Assembly: GCA_030141605.1 (NCBI GenBank)
Contig: JAQGDQ010001245.1
Span: 1 to 52,474, forward strand
Source of the DNA: Tubiluchus corallicola
Lineage: Eukaryota > Animalia > Priapulida
Direction of reading: 5' to 3'
DNA: 52,474 nt
Part shown: in pieces, positions 1 through 12,284 of the stretch
Position numbering within the stretch: the first letter of the stretch is position 1
Layout of the letters: the number at the start of each line of letters is the position of its first letter
Notes under the pieces: generated by a model
Told to the model about the DNA's origin: nothing
What the model saw: the letters and a program-made list of their open reading frames with translations, nothing else
Database searches by the model: none
Program-made: the position numbers and the translations under genes

Positions 1-213
1 ATGAAATCGGAAAATAACTGAGCTTGTTGTGTTAGTCATGTTTAAGCGCCTTTTCTGTTACATGAATTATATTTTATTTGTAGCATTTGCGTGTAATTTG
101 ACTTTGACAATGCTTACATATATCGGTCAAGCTATTACTGTCGTTAAGTGGTAAAGAATAGTAGTGAAAAACTATGTGGGATGTGCGCACATTACCGATC
201 ATAGTTCCGAGTA

Positions 214-720
214 CAGTCATACCTTGGTTTTCGACCATAATTCGTTCCTAAAAAGTGTTTGAAAACCGATTTGGTTGAGTACCGGAATCATTTATTCCCA
301 TGAGAAATAATGTAACAGCAAATAATCCGTTCTCAAGCACCAAATGAACTGTAAAGTATTACTAAAATAATAATGCAAGAATACTTATTCAAACAGTAGA
401 TATGATATAATTGATAAGAAAAACATGATAGAATTACTTTGAAAGAAAAACATAATTGTTCCTGCATGAAAAAACCTTACGTGTTGCTAGCAGTGTGATG
501 GCATACGTAAGCAAGAGCAGAAACACGTGTGTCACTACTCTCGGGCGTGGTCGGTTACGCTCGGCTCTACTCAGCTCGCCACGCATGCATTGATCACGTG
601 CTTGGCGGTTGGCCGAGTACCGAAATTCTGGTCGAGAATGGAGACAATTTCAACTCGAATTTTCAGGTCGAAAACCAATTCGTACGAATACGGAGACATT
701 CGAAAATGGAGGTATGACTG
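214..720. mobile_element. Tigger/pogo-like MITE
   Basis: TA|cagtcatacct ... aggtatgactg|TA termini; partial second copy at 24905-25570. Confidence 0.85.
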
Positions 721-921
721 TATGTTTAATACGTTTTTTGCTTACGATAATGCTTATATATATCTGTCAACCTATTACTGTCATCAAGTGGCAAGGAAAA
801 GTAGCGAAAAACTATGTGGGATGTGCGCACATTACCGATCGTAGTTCTGAGTATGTGTAATACGTTTTTTGCGGATTGTTGCTGCAAGTTACGGGAGCAG
901 ATGGAGACAACAAAAAGTTAC

Positions 922-1064
922 CTTCTGCGATTTTTCGGCCACCATCATGACCAAGTCAAAGTCGTACGTTCCCAGAGCGACGTTGAACAGCTCGTTTACG
1001 TCGATCAGGTACAAGAGAAACTTCATGGCTGCTTCCACGGAAACGGACGCCTCCTTTGGCGATT
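922..1064 (-). CDS. ELP1: ELP1 coding exon 20 (gene continues beyond window start)
   Basis: ctacag|(E)[47 protein letters not shown]|gtaact; [18 protein letters not shown] signature; 143 nt; not in the supplied ORF track. Confidence 0.97.
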
Positions 1065-1872
1065 CTGTAGAAACACAAAAGAATTATTCATCCTAAACGA
1101 CATATTAAGGCCAGTGTGAACTTGACTTAATATTAATTTTAATTTTGTAGCCAAGGTGGCTCCATCTAGCTGGTAAGTTTAAAGTGTGGGCATTGACGCA
1201 GTTATGTTTTCATTATGCTGTTCTGTAGTATGAGTGAACATGTGTCTTGTACAAGCTAACGAAATTTATCATTAGATATGCCGCAACGATGTAAGTTTAT
1301 TTCTATTAATTTTTATTTTGATTTATTCATTGATATTTTTGAATGGACTAAATAACTGTCAATCTAACTAAACTATGTAACTTTTCATAAAATTAGCCAA
1401 TGTCAGTCACTTTTGCTTTTCTATTTTCATTTTTAAATATTGCAGAAATAAATATCAGTGGCTCACATGAAATTCAACTGAGACTTTTGAAGATTTGTCA
1501 TAAATGCCTCTCAGAGACACTAACATTTATTTATCAGTAGGTTTGTGGAATGTCCGAGCTTTGAATGCAGATCTATTCATTTCAGACAGTTTTGTTGCAA
1601 ATATAGGGCAGTTGTACATACAAATGGATTAATGGACTCACTTTGGGATGAAAGTGTTTTGACCCAATTAACCGGCCGAGTCAATTAGCCGTCGGGTGTA
1701 GCCTATTACTATTATAGAAGTATGAGTGATCACTCATCACATTAGAATGCATTGCAAAGGCTTTAAATGAATTTTAGAAACAAATTAATGTCAAAATTCC
1801 TATGTGCAATTATTTACGAATACTAATTTACATAAGTGAATTAATTAAAAAAAGAAAATAAAAAACGCAATG

Positions 1873-2011
1873 TATATTATATATATATGTATATGCATAT
1901 GACTGCATATGTATGTATATACATATATATATATATTTACATATATATACATATACGTATATATATACATACATATAATACATATTTACATACATATACA
2001 CATATATATAC

Positions 2012-2047
<36 letters not shown>

Positions 2048-2412
2048 GTGTAAATGCATCTGTATATGTATGTAAATATATATTATATGTATATGTATAT
2101 AAATGTATATGTATGTAAATATGTATTATATGTATGTATACATATATGTATATGTATGTAAATATATATTATATGTATGTATACATATATGTATATGTAT
2201 ATGTATGTAAATATGTATTACATGTATGTATACACATATGTATACGTATATAAATGTAAATGTATATTATATGTATGTATATATATATATTTATATATGT
2301 ATATATACATACATATAATATACATTTACTTTTATATACGTATACATATGTGTATACATATATATATATTTATATATGTATATGTATATGTACGTAAATA
2401 TACATGTATGTA
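1873..2412. repeat. (TA)n/(TATATG)n low-complexity tract
   Basis: Direct reading. Confidence 0.95.
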
Positions 2413-2549
2413 AATTACATACTGTATTGTTTGTTAACTTGACAAGTGTGCTAGTGTTAGCAAATGTGCTAACGAAAACAGAATACGATTTTCAGGATAA
2501 TTACAAAATTGGACAAAACCGTAAGAAATCGCGAAGATCTCATACCGAC

Positions 2550-2758
2550 CTTTTAATTTGCGAACTTTCATGAGCGCCATTTCCAATTCCGGTTTCTTTT
2601 TCTTGACATGCGTTGCAAGAACGCACAGAAAGAATTTATCAGGATCAAGGTCATCAAGGGTACACCTTAGCGCATCGCAGACAACGTCCACTTTCCCATC
2701 GACGTGCTTACGGTTCTCATACGGTCCGGGATACATCGTAACCGTTGAGTCTTCTTCA
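2550..2758 (-). CDS. ELP1: ELP1 coding exon 19
   Basis: atcag|EEDSTVTMYPGPY...KVDVVCDALR...LATHVKKKKPELEMALMKVRKLK|gtcggt; 209 nt; phase 1 matches next exon. Confidence 0.94.
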
Positions 2759-3538
2759 CTGATTTCAACGAAAAAAACGTGGCTTTAGAAGCTATTCTGA
2801 CCGGATCCAATTGCAAATCCGGTCGCTGCCGCAAACGACTTTTGTCCATAGTAGGGGTGCGTTCACACGTGAAGAGTTTACTCGCAACTTCTCTCTAAGA
2901 GTAAACTTGCAGGTGTGAACGGCTTAGCAACTTCTCTCACAACTTACGGCAAACTCAGCCAGAATTGCAGAGAGTTCCTGTGCAAGTTTGCATTCAACAA
3001 GTTGCACAACAGGTTGTGAGAGAAGGGGCTAAAGCTATTCAAATGTTACAGCTTTACACTCAGAGAGAAGTTGCACAACATGTTGTGAGAGAATTTGCAA
3101 AGCTGTTAACATGTTGCAGCTCTGCTCTCAGAGAGAAGTTGCACAACATGTTGTGAAAAAAGTTGAAGTTGTTCACATGTTGCAGCTTTACTCTTATAGA
3201 GCTGCGCAACAAGTCTCTATGTCTGAACGCGCCATTATTCTGCAACTGAATTTAATGCAACTCAATAAGCTGATCCCCCAGGTGTTGTTCTAGATTGAGA
3301 CCATTTCTGTGGTTGGGCAGTTATTGCACCCACAGGTGAAAAATGAAAATAATTTAGGAAAAAAAGTCCTCGTCCTCAGAAGAGGACATGATGACAGGAA
3401 ATCTCTTGGAAATCTTGTTTTTTTACAGAAGTTAGAATCTTGTTCAATCACAGGCATTAAAGCTAAAATTTCTGCCAAACATAGACACTGCATTTAACGC
3501 AATTTGTAACGTTTTAATTTTCTAGAAACAAGTAAATA

Positions 3539-4030
3539 CAGTCATGGCCAAAAGTTTAAGCCCACCTGTGATTACGACGTAAATTTTGAGCTTTTTTGGT
3601 ATTCAATACCATATATTTTCCCTGAAGGTGGACCGATTCGTACACACGATGGCTCATTAGGAAGGTAATTGAAAATTGCAAATAAATGTTTATGTTGCGC
3701 ATGCGCAGTTGATCACTCATCCTCTTACCTTTCATTAGAATTACCATCCAACATAATCAGTCGACTGGGGAGGAAGTTACTGCCGAAAGCGCATCTAAGA
3801 CAATTCCCGCAACCGTACTGATGACGTCATCAATGCGATGACGTCATCATCTCGTAGGTTCTGCGCATGCGCAACATAAACATTTATTTGTAATTTTCAA
3901 TTACCTTCCTAATGAGCCATCATGTGTACGAATCGGTCCAAAATGAGGGAAAATATATGGTATCGAATACCAAAAAAGCTCAAAATTCACGTCGTAATCA
4001 CAGGTGGGCTTAAACTTTTGGCCACGACTG
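3539..4030. mobile_element. Tc1/mariner-type MITE with about 170-bp TIRs
   Basis: TA|cagtcatggccaaaagtttaagcccacctgtgattacgacg ... cgtcgtaatcacaggtgggcttaaacttttggccacgactg|TA. Confidence 0.9.
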
Positions 4031-4137
4031 TAATGTAGCCAAAGTGAAAGCAGCAAATTGTTCATTAAATTAGAAAAACGGAAAACTTGGGGGAGGGCAT
4101 TAATTCTCGCGCACCAGTAACAGAAAGTTTCACTTAC

Positions 4138-4296
4138 TGCAAATCAGAGATGAACAAGTTAATATTGTTGACGTCATTGATTTGTTGCACAAAAGTGCGA
4201 ATGTTCTGCAGAAAGACATCTGGAGCGTGATCATAGATCAGGTTCATGTTGATACGATGCTTTCTCATTAGAGTTAGCGCCTTGGAAAATTCCAAG
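4138..4296 (-). CDS. ELP1: ELP1 coding exon 18
   Basis: ttttag|LEFSKALTLMRKHRINMNLIYDHAPDVFLQNIRTFVQQINDVNNINLFISDL|gtaagt; 159 nt. Confidence 0.96.
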
Positions 4297-4329
4297 CTAA
4301 AAATAAAATGCTTAGCTAGTATTTCCAGT

Positions 4330-4980
4330 CGTTAGCTTAAACATAATTTATCATAGGATTGGATCAGACAGTTTGAACAACATGATTTAGGATCCTCACC
4401 ACAACAGACTTTATACACTATTTACAAAAACATTTACAGTAAGAATTGACTATAACTACACAAGCTGACAAGTTTTACTACAAGATTACATTAGACAAAA
4501 TGACGGTTAGAAAATATTAATGTACGATTATTTAAGACTGATGCACTTCATATCAGATAGAAACTACTGGAAGCGTTTAGTACGTAATATAAAGTCATGT
4601 ATGCATTGGAATATTTTACAGTTAGCAACATAGTTAAATTCATCTTTTCTGAATAATAACAACTTCAACGGATCATTAGTTCCTAAGGCAGTTATATGAA
4701 GATTTTCAGGCAGAAGTATTTCATTTAATTTATCAAACATAACATCCCTAGTTTGTTGATACAATGGGCAGTGCAACAAAAAGTGTTCAACAGACTCAAA
4801 TCGAAATCCACACTTACAATTTGGGAATACTGGATGACCGTTATTATCTTTACAGCCTTTAGAGAAAAGGTCGTAGTTTAGCTGAGAAAATCCGATTCTC
4901 ATGCGCGTATGATGCACTGAAATTGGAGGTTTAACGTTCCAGTCATTCAAATTCAAACGCCGAAACCTCTCTAACACATG
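4330..4980 (-). mobile_element. 5'-truncated non-LTR retrotransposon (CR1/L2-like) C-terminus and 3' UTR
   Basis: ORF 4564-4977 with RMRIGFSQLNYDLF..CKCG..ESVEHFLLHCPLY zinc-knuckle; 3' UTR 4343-4413 recurs inverted at 51538-51615. Confidence 0.8.
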
Positions 4981-5109
4981 TTCAGACTAGTGAGTTTACC
5001 CACTAAGTTAATTCGCTAAGTAACTGGAAAGCGTGTTCAAACTAGAGAGCACAGTAAAATACAGCGTTTACAATTTACAGCAAGTTACTTTCTCACAGCA
5101 AGCACGAGA

Positions 5110-5657
5110 TAAAACCGGACGATTGTGTAAACATCAGTTCAGAACAAAGAATGCTCTAAAATATTAAAAACTACAATAGCTTATTTTAAATCAGAGCTTA
5201 GATTAAATAATAATTACCTCGGATACTCAAATTTTGTTAAACTTTCAAAGCAAAGCTAGCGGCTCAGTGAATCTACCAAGATTGGCAGTGGTGCCTTTTT
5301 GTCACATTCGCGTGGCCGACAAATAGAAGGCGGTACCGTGATAAGCATGATCATGAACTGCAGTGTTAGTCACTGACGTGATATCATGTAAAGCCCATTT
5401 TTCATGACATCATGTGTTTAAACAGTATTGTAACACTTATGCAAATGTGCTTGACACACAAGGGAAGACGCCTGCCATTGCACAAACTGTGGTTAGTTTG
5501 TGACGTAAACAATAGCTGTGTTCGGTTGCTGTTAATTAACTTTCTAAGCTAATTATTCAAATATAAGGAACAATTGTTAACTTTTATAGGGAAGAAAATG
5601 TATATTTTGGCCAGTAAAGTAAAATGAGATCGAGTCTAAACAATCTTCGGTTTTCCT
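5110..5657. mobile_element. Kolobok-like non-autonomous element
   Basis: Ends ...ggttttcct|TTAA; homologous segments at 18731-19100, 28831-29045, 34737-35025 and 39984-40409. Confidence 0.65.
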
Positions 5658-5765
5658 TTAACAGTGGACGTCATATGACGTAGAGTCCATTTTCTTAACA
5701 TCGCACATTTAAACAGTAAATGCAGAAGAAGAGTCTCATCAAACGTAAATCAAACTAATTAATAC

Positions 5766-5961
5766 CTGTCCAGATGGTGGCGCGTGGCAGACAACACCAA
5801 CGCTCGCGGGTGGATCGTCTCCAAGTTTCCCCTCGGCATCTGCAGGATGAGCTTGGTGTCATCCGCTACCACGGTAACGATTGCAGACCCGCGTTCCACC
5901 CGCCTCAGCGTCTCGTCTTGGTCCAGGATCGATGATTTGTCGTTCAGTCGGCCCTGCAATT
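5766..5961 (-). CDS. ELP1: ELP1 coding exon 17
   Basis: ttgcag|(E)LQGRLND...[47 protein letters not shown]|gtattaa; VERGS and LQMPRGNLE signatures; 196 nt. Confidence 0.97.
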
Positions 5962-6483
5962 CTGCAAACGAGAAATACCAGAATTGCAATGCTAAGACAG
6001 TTGCAGATTTCAATGCAATTTGCAATTGCCAACTAATTTTTGGCTCTTCCGTTTCATAATAAGCAGCATACAGGTCATTTCAGTAACTAGATGGGCGATT
6101 ACGCTTTTTACAAGAAGAGTGAATAGTTGGACCCATTAGTTGCAAGTACAAAGATAAAAAACGGGACTGGTAATACAGTTTAAAGTTTCAGCACTGTAAA
6201 GACCCCATTTTCTGTTTATAGTCAACAATACTTCTACCATCATCATCACCAGTATCATCGTCATCATCACGAACACCTTCGTAAACCCATTACGTCTATT
6301 GTAGACATTGGGCAGGCGGAATTCTAAAATGAAAGTAATCTACCCTCACAACAGGTGAACTTAGTAGTAATCTACCAAGGAACAAGACACTTAATCAGTA
6401 GAAATAGAAATAAAACTCATAAAAAGCTTAATTTATATGATTCGATCAGCATCGATTTTGCTTCTCGAACGTATCTCGATTCT

Positions 6484-7155
6484 TAATAATAATAATAATA
6501 ATAAATTTATTTGGAAGTGTAAATACAAATGCAATATCAAGATACACTAAGTAAAACAGCTATTAATAATAATGATTATATTTTGATATGACAGCGTGCA
6601 TATAATAAATGGCAAAAACCAGAAGTAAAACTTGTTAGGTGCTTGCACCATTATAAACACGTCAAAATAATGAGAAAAAAAGAACAAAAAAAAAACCGAA
6701 GGTTTTTAGAAAAATTTAACAAAAAGAGTTGTGCAAAGTAAGGAGAGAAGTGATGGATAAAAGAATGTTCAAAAGGGTAGGAAGAGCGGCTTGTGGAGAT
6801 TCGACTCACGAGATGACGAAGCACTCTGGATTCTGCTCAGAAAGAACACAAAGTTGTGACTGTTGTGTCACACAGGAACAGTAGGTGGTTATCAAACTAG
6901 TTTATATAAGAAGCAAACAGATATAGTTTAACTGATGTTTTAAAGCGGTTAATGTTACACTGGTACTTTACATTGGCTGGTAGTGAGTTCCAAAGTTTAG
7001 ATCCGCTATGGCTAATGAAATGTTTTGCAATATTGGTTCTGCAGTACCAGAGTTGGTAATCATTATAGCGAGTATTATGTGATTTGACATTCTTAATTAC
7101 AGGATTCTTGAAATATGTAGGAAATATGCCATTGTTAGTCTTATAAACAAAAATG
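6484..7155 (-). mobile_element. LINE (CR1/L2-like) 3' fragment with (TTA)n tail
   Basis: HNTRYND...CRTNIAKHFISHSGSKLWNSLPANVK...FKTSVKLYL, a typical RT C-terminus, followed by a simple-repeat tail. Confidence 0.75.
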
Positions 7156-7720
7156 GCAGTGTTAAATTCTTCTACATTACTTTCTACAGAAGCACTGGTT
7201 TCGTTTAACGACGTTTTGCTTAACGTCGCGTTTTTCTGGAATGCACTAGCGTCGTTAAGCATGGACTTACTGTGTACGATAAAGCAAATAATCATTGGAA
7301 ATCTCCAACAAGAAAAAGATCGAGAAACTGGAATGAAGCAACATATCTCAGTTCTTTTACATTACTTTCTATGCAGGTCTTGACTTCATTTAACGACATT
7401 TCTCTAAACCTCGCATTTCACTGTAACACATTAGCGTCGTTAAGCGAGGACTTACTGTATTGGTAGTCATCGACTTAAGGCCATATTCGGTTGCAACCGA
7501 TTGGTTGTAAGACTAATTGGATGCAAGGCGGACCCATTTGATCTCATATAAATATGAAAATGAAAGTACAGTAAGTCCTCGTTTAATGACGCTAATGCAT
7601 TCCAGCAAAATGCTTCAGGAACGTATCTGAATTCTTTTATGTTATTCTCTACGGAAGTCTTGGTTTCGTTTAACAACGTTTCGCTTGAACACATTGGTGC
7701 CGTTAAGCGAGCACTTACTA
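7155..7720. mobile_element. Cluster of Tigger-like MITE fragments
   Basis: Repeated cgtcgttaagcgaggacttactg(ta) ends at about 7272, 7459, 7719 and an inverted end tacagtaagtcctcg at 7567. Confidence 0.65.
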
Positions 7721-8236
7721 TACGTGATAAAGTGAAAAGTCATTGGAAATGTCCAAGGTGAATAAAAAGAAAGAGATCCGTAAGCTACAAAGGTGCATGG
7801 TTGGCATCCTTCTGTCTCAGAAGACAATGGAGTGTGCGCCAAGAGAGTCAGTTATTGATCACATTGATGGGGCTGCAGCGTCGACTGTGGCTGAGCAGTC
7901 CGATCCTTGGATGTCTCCAGGGCGCACGCCTGGGCAAGGTGTTTGGAGATTCTGAGTTTCTCAGACAACAGGAACCCCCTGTATTCCTCGCTGGTGTAGT
8001 TCAAAGGAAAGTGGAGCGATACGTTTGGTACCAGGTTGCCTGCAGGAGCTGCCGGAGTCAGTGAGCATGTTGCACTAGTCCGCCTTTGGAGCTCCACTCC
8101 TGATTTGGAAGGTTTACTCCTCTACACATGGCCGTTGGGTCACTTGACCTCCTCCGCCCTCTAGCCATTGGCTGCTTGTGCAACTCCTCCGCCTAGTGTC
8201 AAGATACAGAGTGGGCATACAAAGGTGCATACATAC

Positions 8237-8393
8237 CATTTAAACCACAAGTGAAGGGCACGCAGCGGCAAGTGTGAGTCAAAGTAGTCAGAATGAGGTA
8301 TTCCTTGTGCAGAGCAAAAGAGGTACAGTTTCTACATATCTCCTCATCGTTAGCGTACAACCGGTACCTCTCGGTCAATCCCAACACTACTTC
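8237..8393 (-). CDS. ELP1: ELP1 coding exon 16
   Basis: aacag|EVVLGLTERYRLYANDEEICRNCTSFALHKEYLILTTLTHTCRCVPFTCGLN|gtatgt; 157 nt. Confidence 0.95.
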
Positions 8394-8869
8394 CTGTTTG
8401 AAAAAAAAACACAAATTCCCGTTTAAAAAAAATGCAACTTCTGGTTAATCATAAACGTGAGAATTAAATAATTACGAACTTGATATCACAATTATTGGAA
8501 ATGATGACAGAAAAGCAATAAAAAATAAATATTATTGATTTTTCGAACCAAACCTCAACGAAAGGAAAAATATCGCACGTTTTTTACGTTTCATTTATTT
8601 CGGTGAAATTACTTTTAAAGAAAAAATCAGTAATCGTGGATTCATTCCAAACAAGAGGTAAGTAAATAAGTTTATTAGTTTATCACCAATTTTTGTAATA
8701 GCAAATTGCATAACTAAGTGATTTATAATTCTGCACAACATTAAATAATATTAGAAAGTGCTTACTGATTATCGATTAGGGGGGTGAAAGGGTGGCAGAA
8801 GAACTACGAGTTGTCAAGTTCGGCAAAAAAACAGCGAAGGAAAAGAGTTTTTAAAAACGTTTATTTTAC

Positions 8870-8967
8870 CTGTTGACTAAACATACAGATTTCCATACGA
8901 GTGCATGGCTGCGGAAATCTGAGCTCCATTCCGGTAGCCGTGAGCCACGGAACAGCTGCATTAGAGG
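8870..8967 (-). CDS. ELP1: ELP1 coding exon 15
   Basis: ttccag|(T)SNAAVPWLTATGMELRFPQPCTRMEICMFSQQ|gtaaaa; human [21 protein letters not shown]; 98 nt. Confidence 0.92.
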
Positions 8968-9409
8968 CTGGAAAAATATCAAAGAATCACAGTAAAAAGT
9001 ACAATCGTTGTCCCCCTAGGTTGCGCAAAAATCAAACAGCGATTATTGACCATAGAGGCAGCAAAGTTGGTTGTGGGTAATTTAATGCCAGAAAAAATTT
9101 TCAAGTTTGCCTTCGAACAAGTTTATTTAGTTTAAAATTTGATACAAGCTCATAATCATGGATTCACGTAATTCAGCAATTCAATCACATACATTTCATA
9201 TCGTTAAAACATTTGAAACAGAATGTAATCAGCGCAATTTAGTTGTAATTTCTGTCCACAATTTTTAAATATATTTTTAGTGTTTTTACTGCAGAATAAA
9301 ATCAAGCAATATCCATGATCTTTGTGAGGCCATTTTTTATTAATGATTCCAAAAGTTATTGGAAAACATTTGCAACTGAATCTGGATTCGATTCGGATGC
9401 AAAGTTTCG

Positions 9410-9682
9410 AAATTCGGTTCGATTCCAGTTCAAAAGTAACAAATTCGGTTTAATTCAAGTTCAAAAGTAACAAATTCGGTTTGATTCGTGTTCAAAAGTA
9501 ACAAATTCGGTTTGATTAGTTTTCAAAAGTAACAAATTCGGTTTAATTCGAGTTCGAAAGTAACAAATTCAGTTTGATTCGAGTTCAAAACTAACAAATT
9601 CGGTTTGATTCGAGTTCAAAAGTAACAAATTCGGTTTGATTCGAGTTCAAAAGTAACAAATTCGATTTGATTCGAATTCACT
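9410..9682. repeat. 30-bp minisatellite (about 9 copies) within a dispersed repeat also at 34190-34530
   Basis: Unit ttcgagttcaaaagtaacaaattcggtttga. Confidence 0.9.
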
Positions 9683-9812
9683 TTCGGATAGAGGATGCTG
9701 ACCCCTAATGAAAAGTGATGCCAATAACACAGCAACAAAATCATAACATGGCAATGTTACAACATAAAACTACATATAACTACGACATATATTCATATAA
9801 AAACAACAAATG

Positions 9813-10455
9813 AGTGCTTGCATAGCGAAATCGTCCATAAGTTGGCAATTAAGTTTTTCCAGTTATTCACATATCCTAAATCTGCATTTCATGAGGATCA
9901 CTTTGATACCAAGCTCATCGCTCTATGTTATTACTAAGCTGAGATAATCCACATTGAAGTTGAGGTGCAGGTTGTGCACTGAAAAACGTAACGTTGAGAA
10001 AATCACTGTTAAAATCAGCCATTGTTTTTGTCGCCTTTTCGACGAATCACTTAGTAACTACACAAATATTGGTTGCCATGGACTCTGCAAGAACACGTTG
10101 AAGATATATTTAATCCAATAGATGGCTCTTACTGACGGAGATCTGCTCTTGGTAGGAGAAAAATGCTGAAGCAAATTGATAGCTGCCAAGAGCTACTATC
10201 GGAGTTTCAAAATAGGAGTTTTTGACAATTGCAGTATTAGTTTCTAGTCATAGAAGTGGGTAAGAAGTTATTTATAAAATTAGATTTTTCTTGATAATTT
10301 GATGATAGAGTATAAAAGTCCAATATACTTAGCATTTGTTTTCATAAGAAATAAAAAATTGACATTTGACCAAACTTTTGGTGCTTTCTACTTTGAAGCA
10401 TCATAACGTAGTTTCAACTGTGCGACTTATGGATGGTTTTGGTTTGCAAGTACAC
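9813..10455. mobile_element. Non-autonomous DNA element, same family as 30015-31121
   Basis: Starts gtgcttgcatagcgaaatcgtccataag, ends cttatggatggttttggtttgcaagtacac|aatt. Confidence 0.75.
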
Positions 10456-10727
10456 AATTAATGATATCATTAATTGCCAGATGATTCAAAGAATATTTCT
10501 TTCATTTATCATATATTTCAAGTAGATAAAAATGTGGGTAAAAGTACAGAAAAATACAGGTCTAGATACACACTCGGTCTGACTCAACTTCGGCTATAAT
10601 GAACATCGGATATAAGGGACGATTTTTTCCGGTCCGGAGGTGTCCCTTATATCCGAGGTTGACTGTAGTTCATAACAAAAATTATTCCTGAAATATATAA
10701 CTAACAAAACGATCTGTCTTCTAATAG

Positions 10728-10898
10728 AAATTTAGATTTGAGCGAACACTGTGTTGACCGGGTTCATCCCAAGTCTGAACCACTACAAATTGTACGATCT
10801 CTACGCAGTGGTCAACCACCAAGGTGGCATCCTGGCTGGACATTACACGACCTACGCCAGGCTTGCTGACCCGCTCGATTGTAGGAAAATGGACAAAG
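10728..10898 (+). pseudogene. Orphan USP19-like ubiquitin-specific protease His-box exon, frameshifted
   Basis: taatag|NLDLSEHCVDRVHPKSEPLQ[+1 nt]LYDLYAVVNHQGGILAGHYTTYARLADPLDCRKMDK(G)|gtaaag versus recalled human USP19 RNLDLSKFC...[36 protein letters not shown]. Confidence 0.8.
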
Positions 10899-11233
10899 GT
10901 AAAGTGTAAATTTCGATCACAACTAATTTGCACTTCTTAAGATATTTTATTAAGGTTTTACTCAGTAGTGCTGTTCATGGTTAAGGTAGCATTTTCTTTC
11001 CTTTGTGCTCTAGTGATTGCTTTGTAGATGAGACCTGTTCAGCACTTGAATGTTTTTTGTTGGTGATGTAGTTAAATGATCAAATAAACTTCTTCTGTTC
11101 ATTTCTAAAAAAAGACCTATAGATAGTTTTACTTTTTTAGGACGTTCAAGTCTCTCTTTCCACCGAGTGCAAGTGCACTAGGCATCCCCTTGCGCTGACA
11201 ATCCAGAAATGAATGAAATCAATGGGTACTTAC

Positions 11234-11340
11234 TAACGTCGTACTTCAAAACGAGACCGCTACAAAGCTGAACAGCTACGCATCCCGATATCGGATTACA
11301 GCAAACTCCGTAAACGGATTCCTCAAGCTCCAAACTGCAA
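11234..11340 (-). CDS. ELP1: ELP1 coding exon 14
   Basis: tacag|CSLELEESVYGVCCNPISGCVAVQLCSGLVLKYDV|gtaagt; human [22 protein letters not shown]; 107 nt (in-frame alternative acceptor 6 nt inside). Confidence 0.9.
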
Positions 11341-12284
11341 CTGTAATTATTAACTGTTAATATCATTATCTGTCATTATAACAATAAGAATTGTATACGT
11401 CTTTTTATATTTCTTTTTTTCTTCACCCAATTTCTTTCATTATTTTTCTACAGTTCTGTCTTTCTTTTTCGGCTTTAAATGGTTCTTTCTTTCATTTCTT
11501 CCTCTTTCTTTCTGTTTTCCTTTTTTCACTTTTCATGTACTTATTCATTCATTCACCCAAGAGTCAATTTATTTGTATTCGTTGTTTACTCATGGATTTC
11601 TTCGCTCTCTCCTTGGTTCATTTCTTTCATTTCTTCATCCACTCATTTATTTGTTCCCTTCCGTTTGTTTGTTTATTTATTCATTTATACTTGTCAAAAT
11701 TATCAATTCATTCTCTTTTCTTCCATTTCTCTCTTCTTTTCCCTTTTTTCTTTTTCTTCTTTCGTTTTTCCTTTTTTGTTTCATATTTTTGTTCGTTTCT
11801 TTCTTTCTTTTTTCTCTTAACTATTTTTTTGTTTTTTACTCTTTTTTTTCTTCCTTTCCATTGGTTTCTTTTTTACCTGCATCTCATAGTTTTTAATGAT
11901 TATTTTTACTGTCGTTATCTGTTAAACTTCCGATTATCTGTAGCTACTAACATCGTGATTTCATAATCATCACTGCTTAGTAACAGTTAGAGTTTATCCT
12001 CATCAGTAAGTGACAAAGGTTGGACTGAAAACACAAATTTCATGAAACGAAATCTCTGTATCTTAGAAAAATGTCAATCATAGCAAACTGTTGTTCATTT
12101 TCAATTTCTTGACTGATATAACCACCTAAATATGAATCTTTACTCAACGAAACAGTAGCACGCTGTGATCTAGTTCAAAGTACATCAGGGGATCATATTA
12201 ATTGTTTACATTTGTTTCCGTTTATTTCCGTTTAACGAAAATTCTATTACAGTGTTTCCTCGCTACTTCGCGGTTCGTTTATCG

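Noticed and set aside
10721-10933. Minus-strand 70-aa ORF as an extra ELP1 exon
   Set aside because: Exons 14 and 15 join in phase without it; the coding signal is the USP motif on the opposite strand.
11391-11966. 191-aa hydrophobic ORF resembling a membrane protein
   Set aside because: T/C-rich low-complexity intron sequence.
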